Assembly (NCBI GenBank): GCA_964590195.1
Contig: CAZPWJ010000015.1
Location: 4,494 to 68,493, forward strand
Direction of reading: 5' to 3'
Length of the DNA: 64,000 nucleotides
DNA from: an uncultured Rhodospirillaceae bacterium
Lineage (GTDB): Bacteria > Pseudomonadota > Alphaproteobacteria > GCA-2731375
Part shown: positions 41,332 to 50,193 of the stretch, one piece after another
Position numbering within the stretch: position 1 is the stretch's first letter
Layout of the letters: each line of letters opens with the position of its first letter
Program-made: the position numbers and the translations under genes
Notes under the pieces: model-generated
Database searches by the model: none
Seen by the model: only the letters and a program-made list of their open reading frames with translations
Told to the model about the DNA's origin: nothing

Positions 41332-41458
41332 TTGATTGTTCCCCAATTTTTTTCGTGCCCTATATCTGCACCCGCCACCCGGTAGAAACGAGTCACATCA
41401 ACTCAAACTTCCGTGAGCGGGCCTGGGAATCCGATGCCACCGTCTGTAATTTCACATC

Positions 41459-42346
41459 ATGAGGAAGCTTTCGAAGCGTGCACCGGCATTCATCATGGCA
41501 GTCTGTACCGTCATCATCGGTGCGGTGGATGACGGTGTGCAGGCGGGGGAAATCCCGGTGCCGGCAACCGTCAACATCCAGGCGGGTGGCTTCATCGCCG
41601 GTTCCGGCCAGGCCGAGCGTGACGCAGCCTATGATCTGGACCAGGCCGCCTATGGCCATGACCGCACCCGTCAGTGGGGCTGGTACGATGATGAACGGCC
41701 CCGGCGGCGGCATCACTTGCCGGCCTTTGCCATCACCCGGAGCACGATTACCAACCACCAATATGCGGCCTTTGTCGCGGCCACCGGGCACCCCGCCCCC
41801 GACGTCGACCGGGCGACCTGGCTCGGCTACCGTCTGATCCATCCCTATCAGCGCACCTGGCGCCACGCCTGGCGCAAACGGCTGCCGCCGCCGGGACGGG
41901 AAGAGCATCCGGTGGTACTCGTTTCCCACGTCGATGCCCTGGCCTATGCCGCATGGCTAAGCGCCGAGAGCGGACATAGCTGGCGCCTGCCAAACGAGTT
42001 GGAGTGGGAAAAGGCGGCACGGGGTACCGATGGCCGATACTTTCCCTGGGGCAATGAATATGACGCTGGGCGTCTGAACAGCCATGACGCGGGCCCATTT
42101 GACACCATGGCGGTTGGACAATTCAGCAACGGGGCCAGCCCCTTTGGTCTGTTGGATCCCGCCGGCCAGGTTTTTGAATGGACCGCCACACCGGCAAACG
42201 GCCAAAGTGGGCAGCCGGCCCGCTATCTGGTCAAGGGTGGCTCATGGGATGACAAGGGGTGCGGCGTTTGCCGGCCCGCCGCGCGCCATGGCCGACCGGC
42301 GGCCATAAAGCATATTCTGATCGGCTTTCGGTTGGTCAGGGAATAA
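41459..42346 (+). CDS. formylglycine-generating enzyme (FGE/SUMF1) family protein, periplasmic (NirV-like)
   Basis: Signal peptide, then HPVVLVSHVDALAYAAWL, RLPNELEWEKAARG, and C-terminal GGSW...R...IGFRLV motifs of the FGE-sulfatase family. Divergent from the CNPC/P460 gene with 127 bp between the starts. Confidence 0.8.
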   Translation: MRKLSKRAPAFIMAVCTVIIGAVDDGVQAGEIPVPATVNIQAGGFIAGSGQAERDAAYDLDQAAYGHDRTRQWGWYDDERPRRRHHLPAFAITRSTITNHQYAAFVAATGHPAPDVDRATWLGYRLIHPYQRTWRHAWRKRLPPPGREEHPVVLVSHVDALAYAAWLSAESGHSWRLPNELEWEKAARGTDGRYFPWGNEYDAGRLNSHDAGPFDTMAVGQFSNGASPFGLLDPAGQVFEWTATPANGQSGQPARYLVKGGSWDDKGCGVCRPAARHGRPAAIKHILIGFRLVRE

Positions 42347-42384
42347 GGCAGAATGAAAATAGTGACGGAAACGAGGGCGATGTC

Positions 42385-43086
42385 ATGAGTTTGTTCGACG
42401 GTTTATCGCGGCAACGGTTGGAGAAAATGGCCGCCGCTGGGGCTGAAGTCCTGGAGTGCTACCGGGTGCTGGAGAAGACCTCGGCCAACGTGGTGGGCCA
42501 GGTGATCGAACACGGCGGTACCTTCTATGAATGGGATCATTACCCGGAAGGCGACGTCTATGACCATGAAACCTATGGGCAGTATTATTACCATTCGCAC
42601 CGCCCGGAAGAGGGCGAACACGGCCATTTCCACCTCTTCGTCCGGCGCGAGGCCATTCCCGACCGGATGCGCCCCATCCCCTTTGCCGGTACCGATGAGT
42701 GGCCCGAGGGCGACGAGGTCATCTGTCATCTGGGCGCTATCTCCATGGACCAGAAGGGCTTTCCGACGCATCTGTTCACCACCAACCGCTGGGTCACCGG
42801 TGAACATTGGTACGGCGCCGCCGACGTGACCGAACTGCTGGACAAATTCGTTATCGACCACACCTTTCCCTCCTGGGCCGTAAACCGCTGGATCACGGCC
42901 ATGGTGGCCCTGTATCAGCCGCAGATGGCGCAATTGCTGATCGAACGGGATGCCGCCGTGCAGACCTGGTCCGATAGCCATGCGGGCGATGTGCTGGAGG
43001 ACCGGGATCTGGAGCTGACCTCGAAAATCGCTCTGGACATCCCGCACCAGATCAAGCAAATCAACAAGGCATTGAAAAAATTCTAG
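42385..43086 (+). CDS. hypothetical protein with His-rich patch (YYYHSHRPEEGEHGHFHLF)
   Basis: 233 aa from ATG 42385. No family recognised by eye; likely cytoplasmic; co-oriented with the FGE gene and msrB. Confidence 0.45.
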   Translation: MSLFDGLSRQRLEKMAAAGAEVLECYRVLEKTSANVVGQVIEHGGTFYEWDHYPEGDVYDHETYGQYYYHSHRPEEGEHGHFHLFVRREAIPDRMRPIPFAGTDEWPEGDEVICHLGAISMDQKGFPTHLFTTNRWVTGEHWYGAADVTELLDKFVIDHTFPSWAVNRWITAMVALYQPQMAQLLIERDAAVQTWSDSHAGDVLEDRDLELTSKIALDIPHQIKQINKALKKF

Positions 43087-43100
43087 GGGAATTTTGAGGA

Positions 43101-43505
43101 ATGGGGATGGATAAAATCACAAAGACCGACGCGGAATGGCGGGCACAGCTGACGGACGAGGAATATCACGTGGCCCGAAAAAAGGGCACCGAACGGCCCT
43201 TTGGCCCCGGCTATAACAGCTGTCACGATGCAGGCATCTACACCTGTGTCTGCTGTGGGTTGGAGCTGTTTTCGTCCGAGGCAAAGTTCGATTCTGGCAC
43301 CGGCTGGCCCAGCTTTCACACCCCCCTGGTGGCGGAGAACGTGGCCGAGGAGTCTGACAATTCCCTGTTCATGCGGCGCACGGAAGTCCTGTGCGCCCGC
43401 TGCGACGGCCATCTTGGCCACGTCTTTCCCGATGGCCCTGCGCCTACGGGCTTGCGCTATTGCCTGAATTCGGCTTCCCTGCGCCTGGTTCAGGACGACA
43501 AATAG
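43101..43505 (+). CDS. msrB: peptide-methionine (R)-S-oxide reductase MsrB
   Basis: Two CxxC zinc motifs (CVCCGLELF ... [12 protein letters not shown]) and the catalytic RYCLNS motif. Confidence 0.9.
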   Translation: MGMDKITKTDAEWRAQLTDEEYHVARKKGTERPFGPGYNSCHDAGIYTCVCCGLELFSSEAKFDSGTGWPSFHTPLVAENVAEESDNSLFMRRTEVLCARCDGHLGHVFPDGPAPTGLRYCLNSASLRLVQDDK

Positions 43506-43518
43506 AAAGCACATTCGT

Positions 43519-44178
43519 ATGAGTACGCAGAGCACAAGTATCAAGGCCGTATTGTGGGATTTCGGCGGCGTTTTCACGACATCGCCCTTCGCCGCCTTCG
43601 CCCGCTATGAAGAAGAACATGGCCTGCCCAAGGATTTCATCCGTTCCATCAATGCCACCAACCCGGACGCCAATGCCTGGGCCAAGATGGAGCGGAACGA
43701 GGTCAGTCACGCGGAATTCGGCGATCTGTTCGAGGCGGAATCCGCTGCCGCCGGCCATGCGGTCAACGGCAGCGAAATCCTGCCCCTGTTGTCGGGCAGC
43801 CTGCAGCCCGAAATGGTCACGGCCCTGGAGATTGTCGCCAAGAACTACAAGACGGCCTGTCTGACCAACAACATGCGCACGGGCCATGGCCCCTCCATGA
43901 GCCGGGACCCGGAAAAGGCGGCGCAGATCGGCAAGGTCATGGAAATCTTTGAACAAGTGGTGGAATCCAGCCAGGTCGGCATCCGCAAGCCGGAGCCAAA
44001 ATTCTATCAGATCGCCTGTGAAATGCTGGGCGTGGAGCCGTCCCAGGCGGTCTTCCTCGATGATCTTGGCGTCAACCTGAAACCGGCCAAGGCCATGGGC
44101 ATGACAACCATCAAGGTTATTTCAGCCGGCCAGGCCATCGACGATCTGGAAGCGGTGCTGGGTATTTCGCTCCGCTAG
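43519..44178 (+). CDS. HAD-superfamily hydrolase
   Basis: VLWDFGGVF (DxG motif I) ... FLDDLGVN (motif IV); 219 aa. Confidence 0.7.
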   Translation: MSTQSTSIKAVLWDFGGVFTTSPFAAFARYEEEHGLPKDFIRSINATNPDANAWAKMERNEVSHAEFGDLFEAESAAAGHAVNGSEILPLLSGSLQPEMVTALEIVAKNYKTACLTNNMRTGHGPSMSRDPEKAAQIGKVMEIFEQVVESSQVGIRKPEPKFYQIACEMLGVEPSQAVFLDDLGVNLKPAKAMGMTTIKVISAGQAIDDLEAVLGISLR

Positions 44179-45098
44179 AACCGCTTGATCCGATAGCCGA
44201 TACGGGGGAAGCGCACGCAGACTTGGCCGGCTTGATCATCTTCGCGCAGAATGGCGGCGTGGTTGGCCGATAGACTGTGCAGGCGCCCGACGACTTGCGG
44301 GCCGCCGCTGGCCGGTTCGATGCCGATCCGATCACCGATCTTCAGTCCCATGGGATCTCCGGGGTCCGCCTGTTCCGGTGTTTGCGGTTCAGCCTTCGCG
44401 GCAATTTCCAGCGCCTCCAGATCGCCCAGATCCTCTGGCCGGCCATGGCCGATGTTCTTCACCCGTTGTTCCCAGGCCAGCAGGTTTTGGAATTGGGCCA
44501 GGAAGCCCGCGCCCTCCGCCATGCGATCACGCAGGAACCAGACCAGATAATAGGCCAGGGCATCGGGCAGGCCGGGTTCGGCCCCCAGCATGAAATCGCG
44601 GGCGGCGACACGTTTGTCCATCCAGCCGAATTGTGCCCGGATATTGGTCAAACATTCGGCGTATCTGTCCTTGATATTTTCCAGGCTGAAATCCGGGCCG
44701 AAATACAGCGGGCCGCGGTCGGCCAGGAATTCCGGCGGCATGTTGGGGCTCATCTCCACCAACGCCACGTTGATGACATCCTGGAACAGCGGCCCATCGG
44801 TCCATTGCCCGACGCCCCATGCCATGCCGGCGGCGCCGCCGGGAAATAATGTCGGCTCTGGAAAGCGGCGCTCCAACTCGCGAATAATGCATTTGGTATC
44901 GCAATAGATATCGGCGCCGATCTGCATCACCGGCGTCAGGCGATAGCCCCCGGTCAACGGCATCAGGTTCGGTTTCGGCGGCAGGCGCGGAATTTCCACG
45001 GATTTCCAGGCAAGATTTTTCATGCCCAGCACGACACGGACCTTTTCGCTGACCGGTGATTGCGGATAGTGGTGCAGTATGACCTGATCTTGGCTCAT
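44175..45098 (-). CDS. glutathione S-transferase family protein
   Basis: VILHHYPQSPVSEKVRVVL thioredoxin-like GST N-domain. ATG at 45098 (the ORF-track start 45215 adds 39 non-conserved aa). Confidence 0.65.
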   Translation of the reverse strand: MSQDQVILHHYPQSPVSEKVRVVLGMKNLAWKSVEIPRLPPKPNLMPLTGGYRLTPVMQIGADIYCDTKCIIRELERRFPEPTLFPGGAAGMAWGVGQWTDGPLFQDVINVALVEMSPNMPPEFLADRGPLYFGPDFSLENIKDRYAECLTNIRAQFGWMDKRVAARDFMLGAEPGLPDALAYYLVWFLRDRMAEGAGFLAQFQNLLAWEQRVKNIGHGRPEDLGDLEALEIAAKAEPQTPEQADPGDPMGLKIGDRIGIEPASGGPQVVGRLHSLSANHAAILREDDQAGQVCVRFPRIGYRIKRF

Positions 45099-45329
45099 TG
45101 ATGTTTCCCCTGAATTAAGCAAGGGAGTTGTAGCCGGCCCGCAACAGCCCGCAAGGCACATTTTGGTGATCGGATCGCCAGATGCCGCATCGTGCCTACC
45201 GCATCCCACAGCCATGCTTGCTGGCCGCCGCCTTCAAACCCCGGCTGCAGACGACCGCGCGGGCGGCCCAAATCACCAAGTCGGCGATCACCGAACTGCA
45301 AATCGTGCCGTTAAATATCTGAGACGAAA

Positions 45330-45753
<424 letters not shown>

Positions 45754-45859
45754 GATGTTTGACGGGACCGAAAAGTTAACCTTTTCGATCGCATCATCCG
45801 CTACTATCTATGTGGATTAACTATACCTAAACGACGCGTGATGGCGGGGGACGCTTTAG

Positions 45860-46675
45860 ATGACCAAAGCGAGTACAGTATTTCTAGTTGGCGCCGGTCC
45901 GGGGGATCCGGAACTGTTGACTATGAAGGCGCACCGATTGCTGCAGGCCGCCGAAGTGGTGGTCTATGACCGCTTGGTTTCGGCTGAAATTCTGGCTCTG
46001 ATCCCGTCGGGCACGACATTGATCAGCGTTGGCAAACAGCCCCGCAACCATTCCGTCCCGCAGCCCGAAATCAACCAATTGCTGGTCCGTTTGGCAAAAT
46101 CCGGGCGCAATGTCGTGCGCCTGAAGGGCGGCGATCCTTATGTCTTTGGCCGCGGCTCGGAAGAGGCCATGACCCTGGTCGAAAATGGCGTGCCATTCGA
46201 AGTGGTGCCGGGCATTACCTCGGCCTCGGCCTGTTCGGCCTCCGTCGGCATGCCGCTGACCCATCGCGGCCTGGCCACGGGCGTGCGTTATCTGACCGGC
46301 CATTGCCGGGAAGACAGCGAGCTGGATTTCGACTGGCGGGGCCTGGCCGATCCATCGACTACCCTGGTGATCTATATGGGCATGGCCAATGTGGAACAGA
46401 TCACCACGAATTTGATTGAACACGGCGCCGACCCGGAATTACCCGCCGCCGCCATCAACAATGGCAGTACGCCGGCGCAACGGCACATTGTCTCCACGTT
46501 GGAAAGCCTGGCCAGCGACGCGAGGGCCGCCGAGTTTAATGGACCGGTATTGTTCGTCGTCGGTCAAGTCGTGGCTCTGCATGCCATTTTGGGCGCGCAG
46601 CCGGATGCCAATCAAGATCAGGCCCCAGGTGCCGAACAGGACGATGAACAGCCGAATTCCGCCGTGGGCAGCTAG
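45860..46675 (+). CDS. nirE: uroporphyrinogen-III C-methyltransferase (SUMT) of the heme d1 pathway
   Basis: 271 aa tetrapyrrole methylase (VFLVGAGPGDPELLTMKA ... VVRLKGGDPYVFGRGSEE). Confidence 0.85.
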   Translation: MTKASTVFLVGAGPGDPELLTMKAHRLLQAAEVVVYDRLVSAEILALIPSGTTLISVGKQPRNHSVPQPEINQLLVRLAKSGRNVVRLKGGDPYVFGRGSEEAMTLVENGVPFEVVPGITSASACSASVGMPLTHRGLATGVRYLTGHCREDSELDFDWRGLADPSTTLVIYMGMANVEQITTNLIEHGADPELPAAAINNGSTPAQRHIVSTLESLASDARAAEFNGPVLFVVGQVVALHAILGAQPDANQDQAPGAEQDDEQPNSAVGS

Positions 46676-47015
46676 CGCCTTTCTGACAGCCGCCTTTACC
46701 GCTACCTTGACTGCCGCCGCGACAACCCCAGTTTGGAGCGAAGGAAGCATCTCGGAAACGCGGCAGAAGGAATTGCTGTATCTCTTGCAACAGGATTGCG
46801 GCTCCTGCCATGGCCTGACCCTCAAGGGCGGCCTTGGCGGTCCCCTTTTACCCGCCAACTTGGCGGATAAACCCGATGATGCCCTGGTTGAGGTTATCAT
46901 GCAGGGTCTGCCCGGTACGCCCATGCCACCCTGGCGGTTCCTGCTCAAGGAAAAGGAGGCCGCCTTCCTGGTGCGGGCCATGAAGTCGGGCCAAACTTTG
47001 AAAATAGAGCAATGA
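46644..47015 (+). CDS. nirC: monoheme c-type cytochrome c55X
   Basis: Signal peptide plus a single CGSCHG heme motif and a MPPW-type distal Met region. The ATG at 46644 overlaps the nirE 3' end by 32 nt (the ORF track begins at 46416 in the same frame). Confidence 0.7.
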   Translation: MNSRIPPWAASAFLTAAFTATLTAAATTPVWSEGSISETRQKELLYLLQQDCGSCHGLTLKGGLGGPLLPANLADKPDDALVEVIMQGLPGTPMPPWRFLLKEKEAAFLVRAMKSGQTLKIEQ

Positions 47016-47025
47016 AAGCCGAACA

Positions 47026-48228
47026 ATGAGGATCCTTGCGAAAATTTCCGCCGTTCTGGCAACTGCCGTTCTGCTTGTCTCGGCCATGGCCAATGGCCAT
47101 GCCGATGATGCTTCCATACTGCGCGGTACCGGCGATCTGGGCCTGGTGATCGAACGCGCCCATGGCAGCATCCAGATTATCGATACCACACACCGCGCGG
47201 CCCTGGGCCGGGTCAAGGGCCTGGGCGATCTCAGCCATGCCTCCGCCGTCTATTCACGGGATGGGCGCTACGCCTACATTTTTGGCCGCGATGGCGGCTT
47301 GAGCAAGGTTGATATTTTGCAACAGCGGATCGTCAAGCGGATCGTACAGGGCGGCAATAGTATTGGCGGCGCGATCTCCCAGGACGGCAGCCTGGTCGCC
47401 GTCTCCAATTACAAGCCGGGCGGGGTCAAGGTGTTTAATGCGGCCACGCTGGAGCAAGTGGCCGATATTCCGGCCCAGGCCAGTGACGGCAGCGGCCTGT
47501 CCAAGGTGGTCGGCCTGGCCGACGCGCCGGGGCAGCGCTTTATCTTTTCGTTGTATAACGCGGGCGAAATCTGGATCGCTGATTTTTCCGACCGCGCCAA
47601 CATGCGGCTCACGAAACACACGGACATTGGCGAACTGCCCTATGACGGCCTGATTACCGATGATGGCCGTTATTACATCGCCGGCCTGTTTGGCGAGGAT
47701 GGCATGGCCATGCTGGATTTGTGGCAGTCCGAGAAAGGCGTGCGCCGCATACTCGACGGCTATGGCCGGGGCGAGGAGAAGTTGCCGGTCTACAAGATGC
47801 CCCATCTGGAAGGCTGGGCCCGCGCCGGCGATGTGATTTTCCTGCCCGCCGTGGGCCGGCACGAAGTCCTGATGGTGGAACCCGGCAGCTGGAAAGAAGT
47901 CGGGCGCATCGCCGTTCATGGCCAGCCGATCTTTGCCGTGGCACGGCCCGACGGGCGCCAGGTCTGGGTCAATTTCGCCCATCCGCGAAACGACACGGTG
48001 CAGGTCATCGATGTGCCCAGCCGCAAGATCGTGCACGAATTCAAGCCGGGCAAGGCGGTGCTGCATCTGGAGTTCACGCCGCGCGGCGAACAGGTATGGA
48101 TTTCCGTACGCGATGCCAACCGGGTCGATGTCTATGACACCGAAAGTTTCAAACAGCTGCGGACCCTGCCGGCACAAAAACCATCGGGCATTTTCCTTAC
48201 CGCCCGGGCCAATCGGATCGGCTTGTAG
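47026..48228 (+). CDS. nirF: heme d1 biosynthesis protein NirF (cd1-type beta-propeller without a cytochrome c domain)
   Basis: 400 aa with a signal/lipoprotein-like N-terminus and 8-bladed-propeller repeats homologous to the nirN propeller in the same window. Confidence 0.85.
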   Translation: MRILAKISAVLATAVLLVSAMANGHADDASILRGTGDLGLVIERAHGSIQIIDTTHRAALGRVKGLGDLSHASAVYSRDGRYAYIFGRDGGLSKVDILQQRIVKRIVQGGNSIGGAISQDGSLVAVSNYKPGGVKVFNAATLEQVADIPAQASDGSGLSKVVGLADAPGQRFIFSLYNAGEIWIADFSDRANMRLTKHTDIGELPYDGLITDDGRYYIAGLFGEDGMAMLDLWQSEKGVRRILDGYGRGEEKLPVYKMPHLEGWARAGDVIFLPAVGRHEVLMVEPGSWKEVGRIAVHGQPIFAVARPDGRQVWVNFAHPRNDTVQVIDVPSRKIVHEFKPGKAVLHLEFTPRGEQVWISVRDANRVDVYDTESFKQLRTLPAQKPSGIFLTARANRIGL

Positions 48229-48232
48229 CGCC

Positions 48233-48691
48233 ATGCCCACCGTGCAATCCATCACGGAGCAGGAGCGGGCGCTGCTGAACGGCTATCAGCGGGACTTTCC
48301 CCTGGAACCCCGCCCTTACGCGGCCATGGCGGCGGCCATGGGGATGGACGAGGATGCCCTGCTGGCCATGCTGCGGGATTTGCGGGAACGCGGTATCCTG
48401 GGCCGGGTCGGCGTCACTGTACGGCCCAACAGCGCCGGTGCCTCCACCCTGGCGGCATTGGCGGTGCCGCCGGCGCGCCTGGATGAAGTGGCCGAACAAG
48501 TCAGCGCCCTACCTTCGGTAAATCATAATTACGCCCGCGAGCATGATTTTAATCTCTGGTTTGTCCTGACCGCCGCCGATGACGCCGGGTTGGATGAGGC
48601 CCTGGCCCAGATCGAAAACGAAACCGGTCTGATGCCCATAAAGCTGCCCCTGGACGCGGAATATCACATCGATCTGGGATTCACTCTATGA
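48233..48691 (+). CDS. nirD: siroheme decarboxylase subunit (AsnC/Lrp-like)
   Basis: 152 aa from ATG 48233, 4 bp after the nirF stop. It shares the HNYAREHDFNLWFVL motif with the next three paralogs. Confidence 0.8.
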   Translation: MPTVQSITEQERALLNGYQRDFPLEPRPYAAMAAAMGMDEDALLAMLRDLRERGILGRVGVTVRPNSAGASTLAALAVPPARLDEVAEQVSALPSVNHNYAREHDFNLWFVLTAADDAGLDEALAQIENETGLMPIKLPLDAEYHIDLGFTL

Positions 48692-49191
48692 TCGAACTTG
48701 CGGACCAGGATCACCAGCTACTGGCGCGCCTGGCCGATGGGCTGCCCCTGGTATCCCGGCCCTATGCCGAATTGGGTGCGGAATTGGGTCTGTCCGAGGA
48801 TGATGTTATCGCCTGCCTGCGCCGCCTGGTGGACGGCGGCGTCATCCGCCGTTTCGGCCTGATCGTACGGCATCATGAATTGGGCTATCGGGCCAATGCC
48901 ATGTCGGTCTGGGATGTGCCCGATGACCAGGTCGATGCCCTGGGCAAGGATCTGGCCGCCTACCCTTTCGTTACCCTGTGCTACCGCCGCCGCCGCCAGC
49001 CGCCGAACTGGCCCTATAATCTATTCGCCATGGTGCACGGCAAGGAACGGGCCCATGTGCTGAGCCAGATCGCGCAGCTGAATGAACAACTTGGCCTGGA
49101 ACATCTGCGCCACCACGTCTTGTTCTCCACCAAACGCTATAAACAAAGCGCGGCCCGCTTCGGCGGCCGCGGCATGGCGAAGGCCGGCTGA
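48688..49191 (+). CDS. nirL: siroheme decarboxylase subunit (AsnC/Lrp-like)
   Basis: 167 aa; HHELGYRANAMSVWDVPDD ... PYNLFAMVHG motif shared with the nirH paralog; ATGA overlap with nirD. Confidence 0.8.
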   Translation: MIELADQDHQLLARLADGLPLVSRPYAELGAELGLSEDDVIACLRRLVDGGVIRRFGLIVRHHELGYRANAMSVWDVPDDQVDALGKDLAAYPFVTLCYRRRRQPPNWPYNLFAMVHGKERAHVLSQIAQLNEQLGLEHLRHHVLFSTKRYKQSAARFGGRGMAKAG

Positions 49192-49652
49192 TGACGGAAA
49201 AACACACATTGGACGAGATCGACCGCCGGATCATTAATAGCCTGCAGGGTGGCTTTCCCATCTGCCCATCGCCCTATGCCGCCGTGGCAAATGACATGGG
49301 CATTGACGAGGATGACCTGCTGCACCGTTTGCAGCGTCTGCGTGACGACGGTCTGTTGAGCCGCTTCGGGCCCATGTATCACGCCGAAAAACTGGGCGGT
49401 GCCCTGACCCTGGCCGCGATTTCCGTACCCGAGGCGCGCTACGACGAAGTCGCCGAACAGGTCAATGCCCACGCCGAGGTCGCCCATAATTACGCCCGTG
49501 AACATCAGCTGAATATGTGGTTTGTTCTGGCAACGGAACAATTTTCGCGGATTGATGAAGTAATCGCCGAGATCGAGGCGGAAACCGGTCTGAAGGTCTT
49601 TAACATGCCGAAAAAGGAAGAGTACTTTATCGGCCTGAGATTTGAAGCATGA
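49191..49652 (+). CDS. nirG: siroheme decarboxylase subunit (AsnC/Lrp-like)
   Basis: 153 aa; HNYAREHQLNMWFVL motif; overlaps nirL by 1 nt. Confidence 0.8.
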   Translation: MTEKHTLDEIDRRIINSLQGGFPICPSPYAAVANDMGIDEDDLLHRLQRLRDDGLLSRFGPMYHAEKLGGALTLAAISVPEARYDEVAEQVNAHAEVAHNYAREHQLNMWFVLATEQFSRIDEVIAEIEAETGLKVFNMPKKEEYFIGLRFEA

Positions 49653-50134
49653 ACGGCATCGTGGACGAAACCGACCGGCGCATCATCGTCGCCACCCAGG
49701 GTGGTTTGCCCCTGGTCGCGGAACCTTATCAGGCGGTGGCCGATGAATTGGATATGGATGTCGCCGACGTCATGGCGCGCATGCAGCGGATGCTGGACGG
49801 CGGCCTGATCCGCCGCATCGGCGCCGTGCCCAACCATTATGCCCTGGGCTACCGTGCCAACGGCATGTCGGTCTGGGATGTGCCGGACGAAGATATCTCG
49901 GACATTGGCAAAATGGTTGGGGATCTGGATTTCGTCTCGCACTGCTATCATCGGCCCCGGCATTTGCCGTATTGGAGCTATAATCTGTTTGCCATGGTGC
50001 ATGGCCGGGATCGGGATGAAGTATCGGACAAAGTAGAACGAATCGCAAAGTTGATGGGGATCAAGGATCGCGGGCACGAGATTTTATACTCTCACCGCAT
50101 CCTGAAAAAGACGGGTTTGCGTTTCACGGCCTGA
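49649..50134 (+). CDS. nirH: siroheme decarboxylase subunit (AsnC/Lrp-like)
   Basis: 161 aa; NHYALGYRANGMSVWDVPDED ... SYNLFAMVHG; ATGA overlap with nirG. Confidence 0.8.
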   Translation: MNGIVDETDRRIIVATQGGLPLVAEPYQAVADELDMDVADVMARMQRMLDGGLIRRIGAVPNHYALGYRANGMSVWDVPDEDISDIGKMVGDLDFVSHCYHRPRHLPYWSYNLFAMVHGRDRDEVSDKVERIAKLMGIKDRGHEILYSHRILKKTGLRFTA

Positions 50135-50193
50135 GTTCGAGTGAGATAGGCCGCCAGTAATAGACCGCCTGCAATAAATTTGGGGACACATTC

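Noticed and set aside
40568-41335. 255-aa plus-strand ORF with [18 protein letters not shown]... repeats
   Set aside because: It is the antisense translation of the CNPC-repeat gene. The sense strand gives a signal peptide, a conserved CxxC periodicity and a P460 domain. The antisense frame has no start context or domain.
40096-41346. Magnetochrome-type or multiheme cytochrome interpretation of the Cys-rich region
   Set aside because: The repeats are C-N-P-C without a following His. The only CXXCH is the single C-terminal CYECH, so the repeat region is not a multi-heme domain.
45754-45859. FNR-like box directly upstream of nirE (ttgacgggacc..., gttaaccttttcgatc)
   Set aside because: Only single half-sites, with no TTGAY-N4-RTCAA symmetry. 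nirE is more likely transcribed from the box at 45330 through the nirS remnant.
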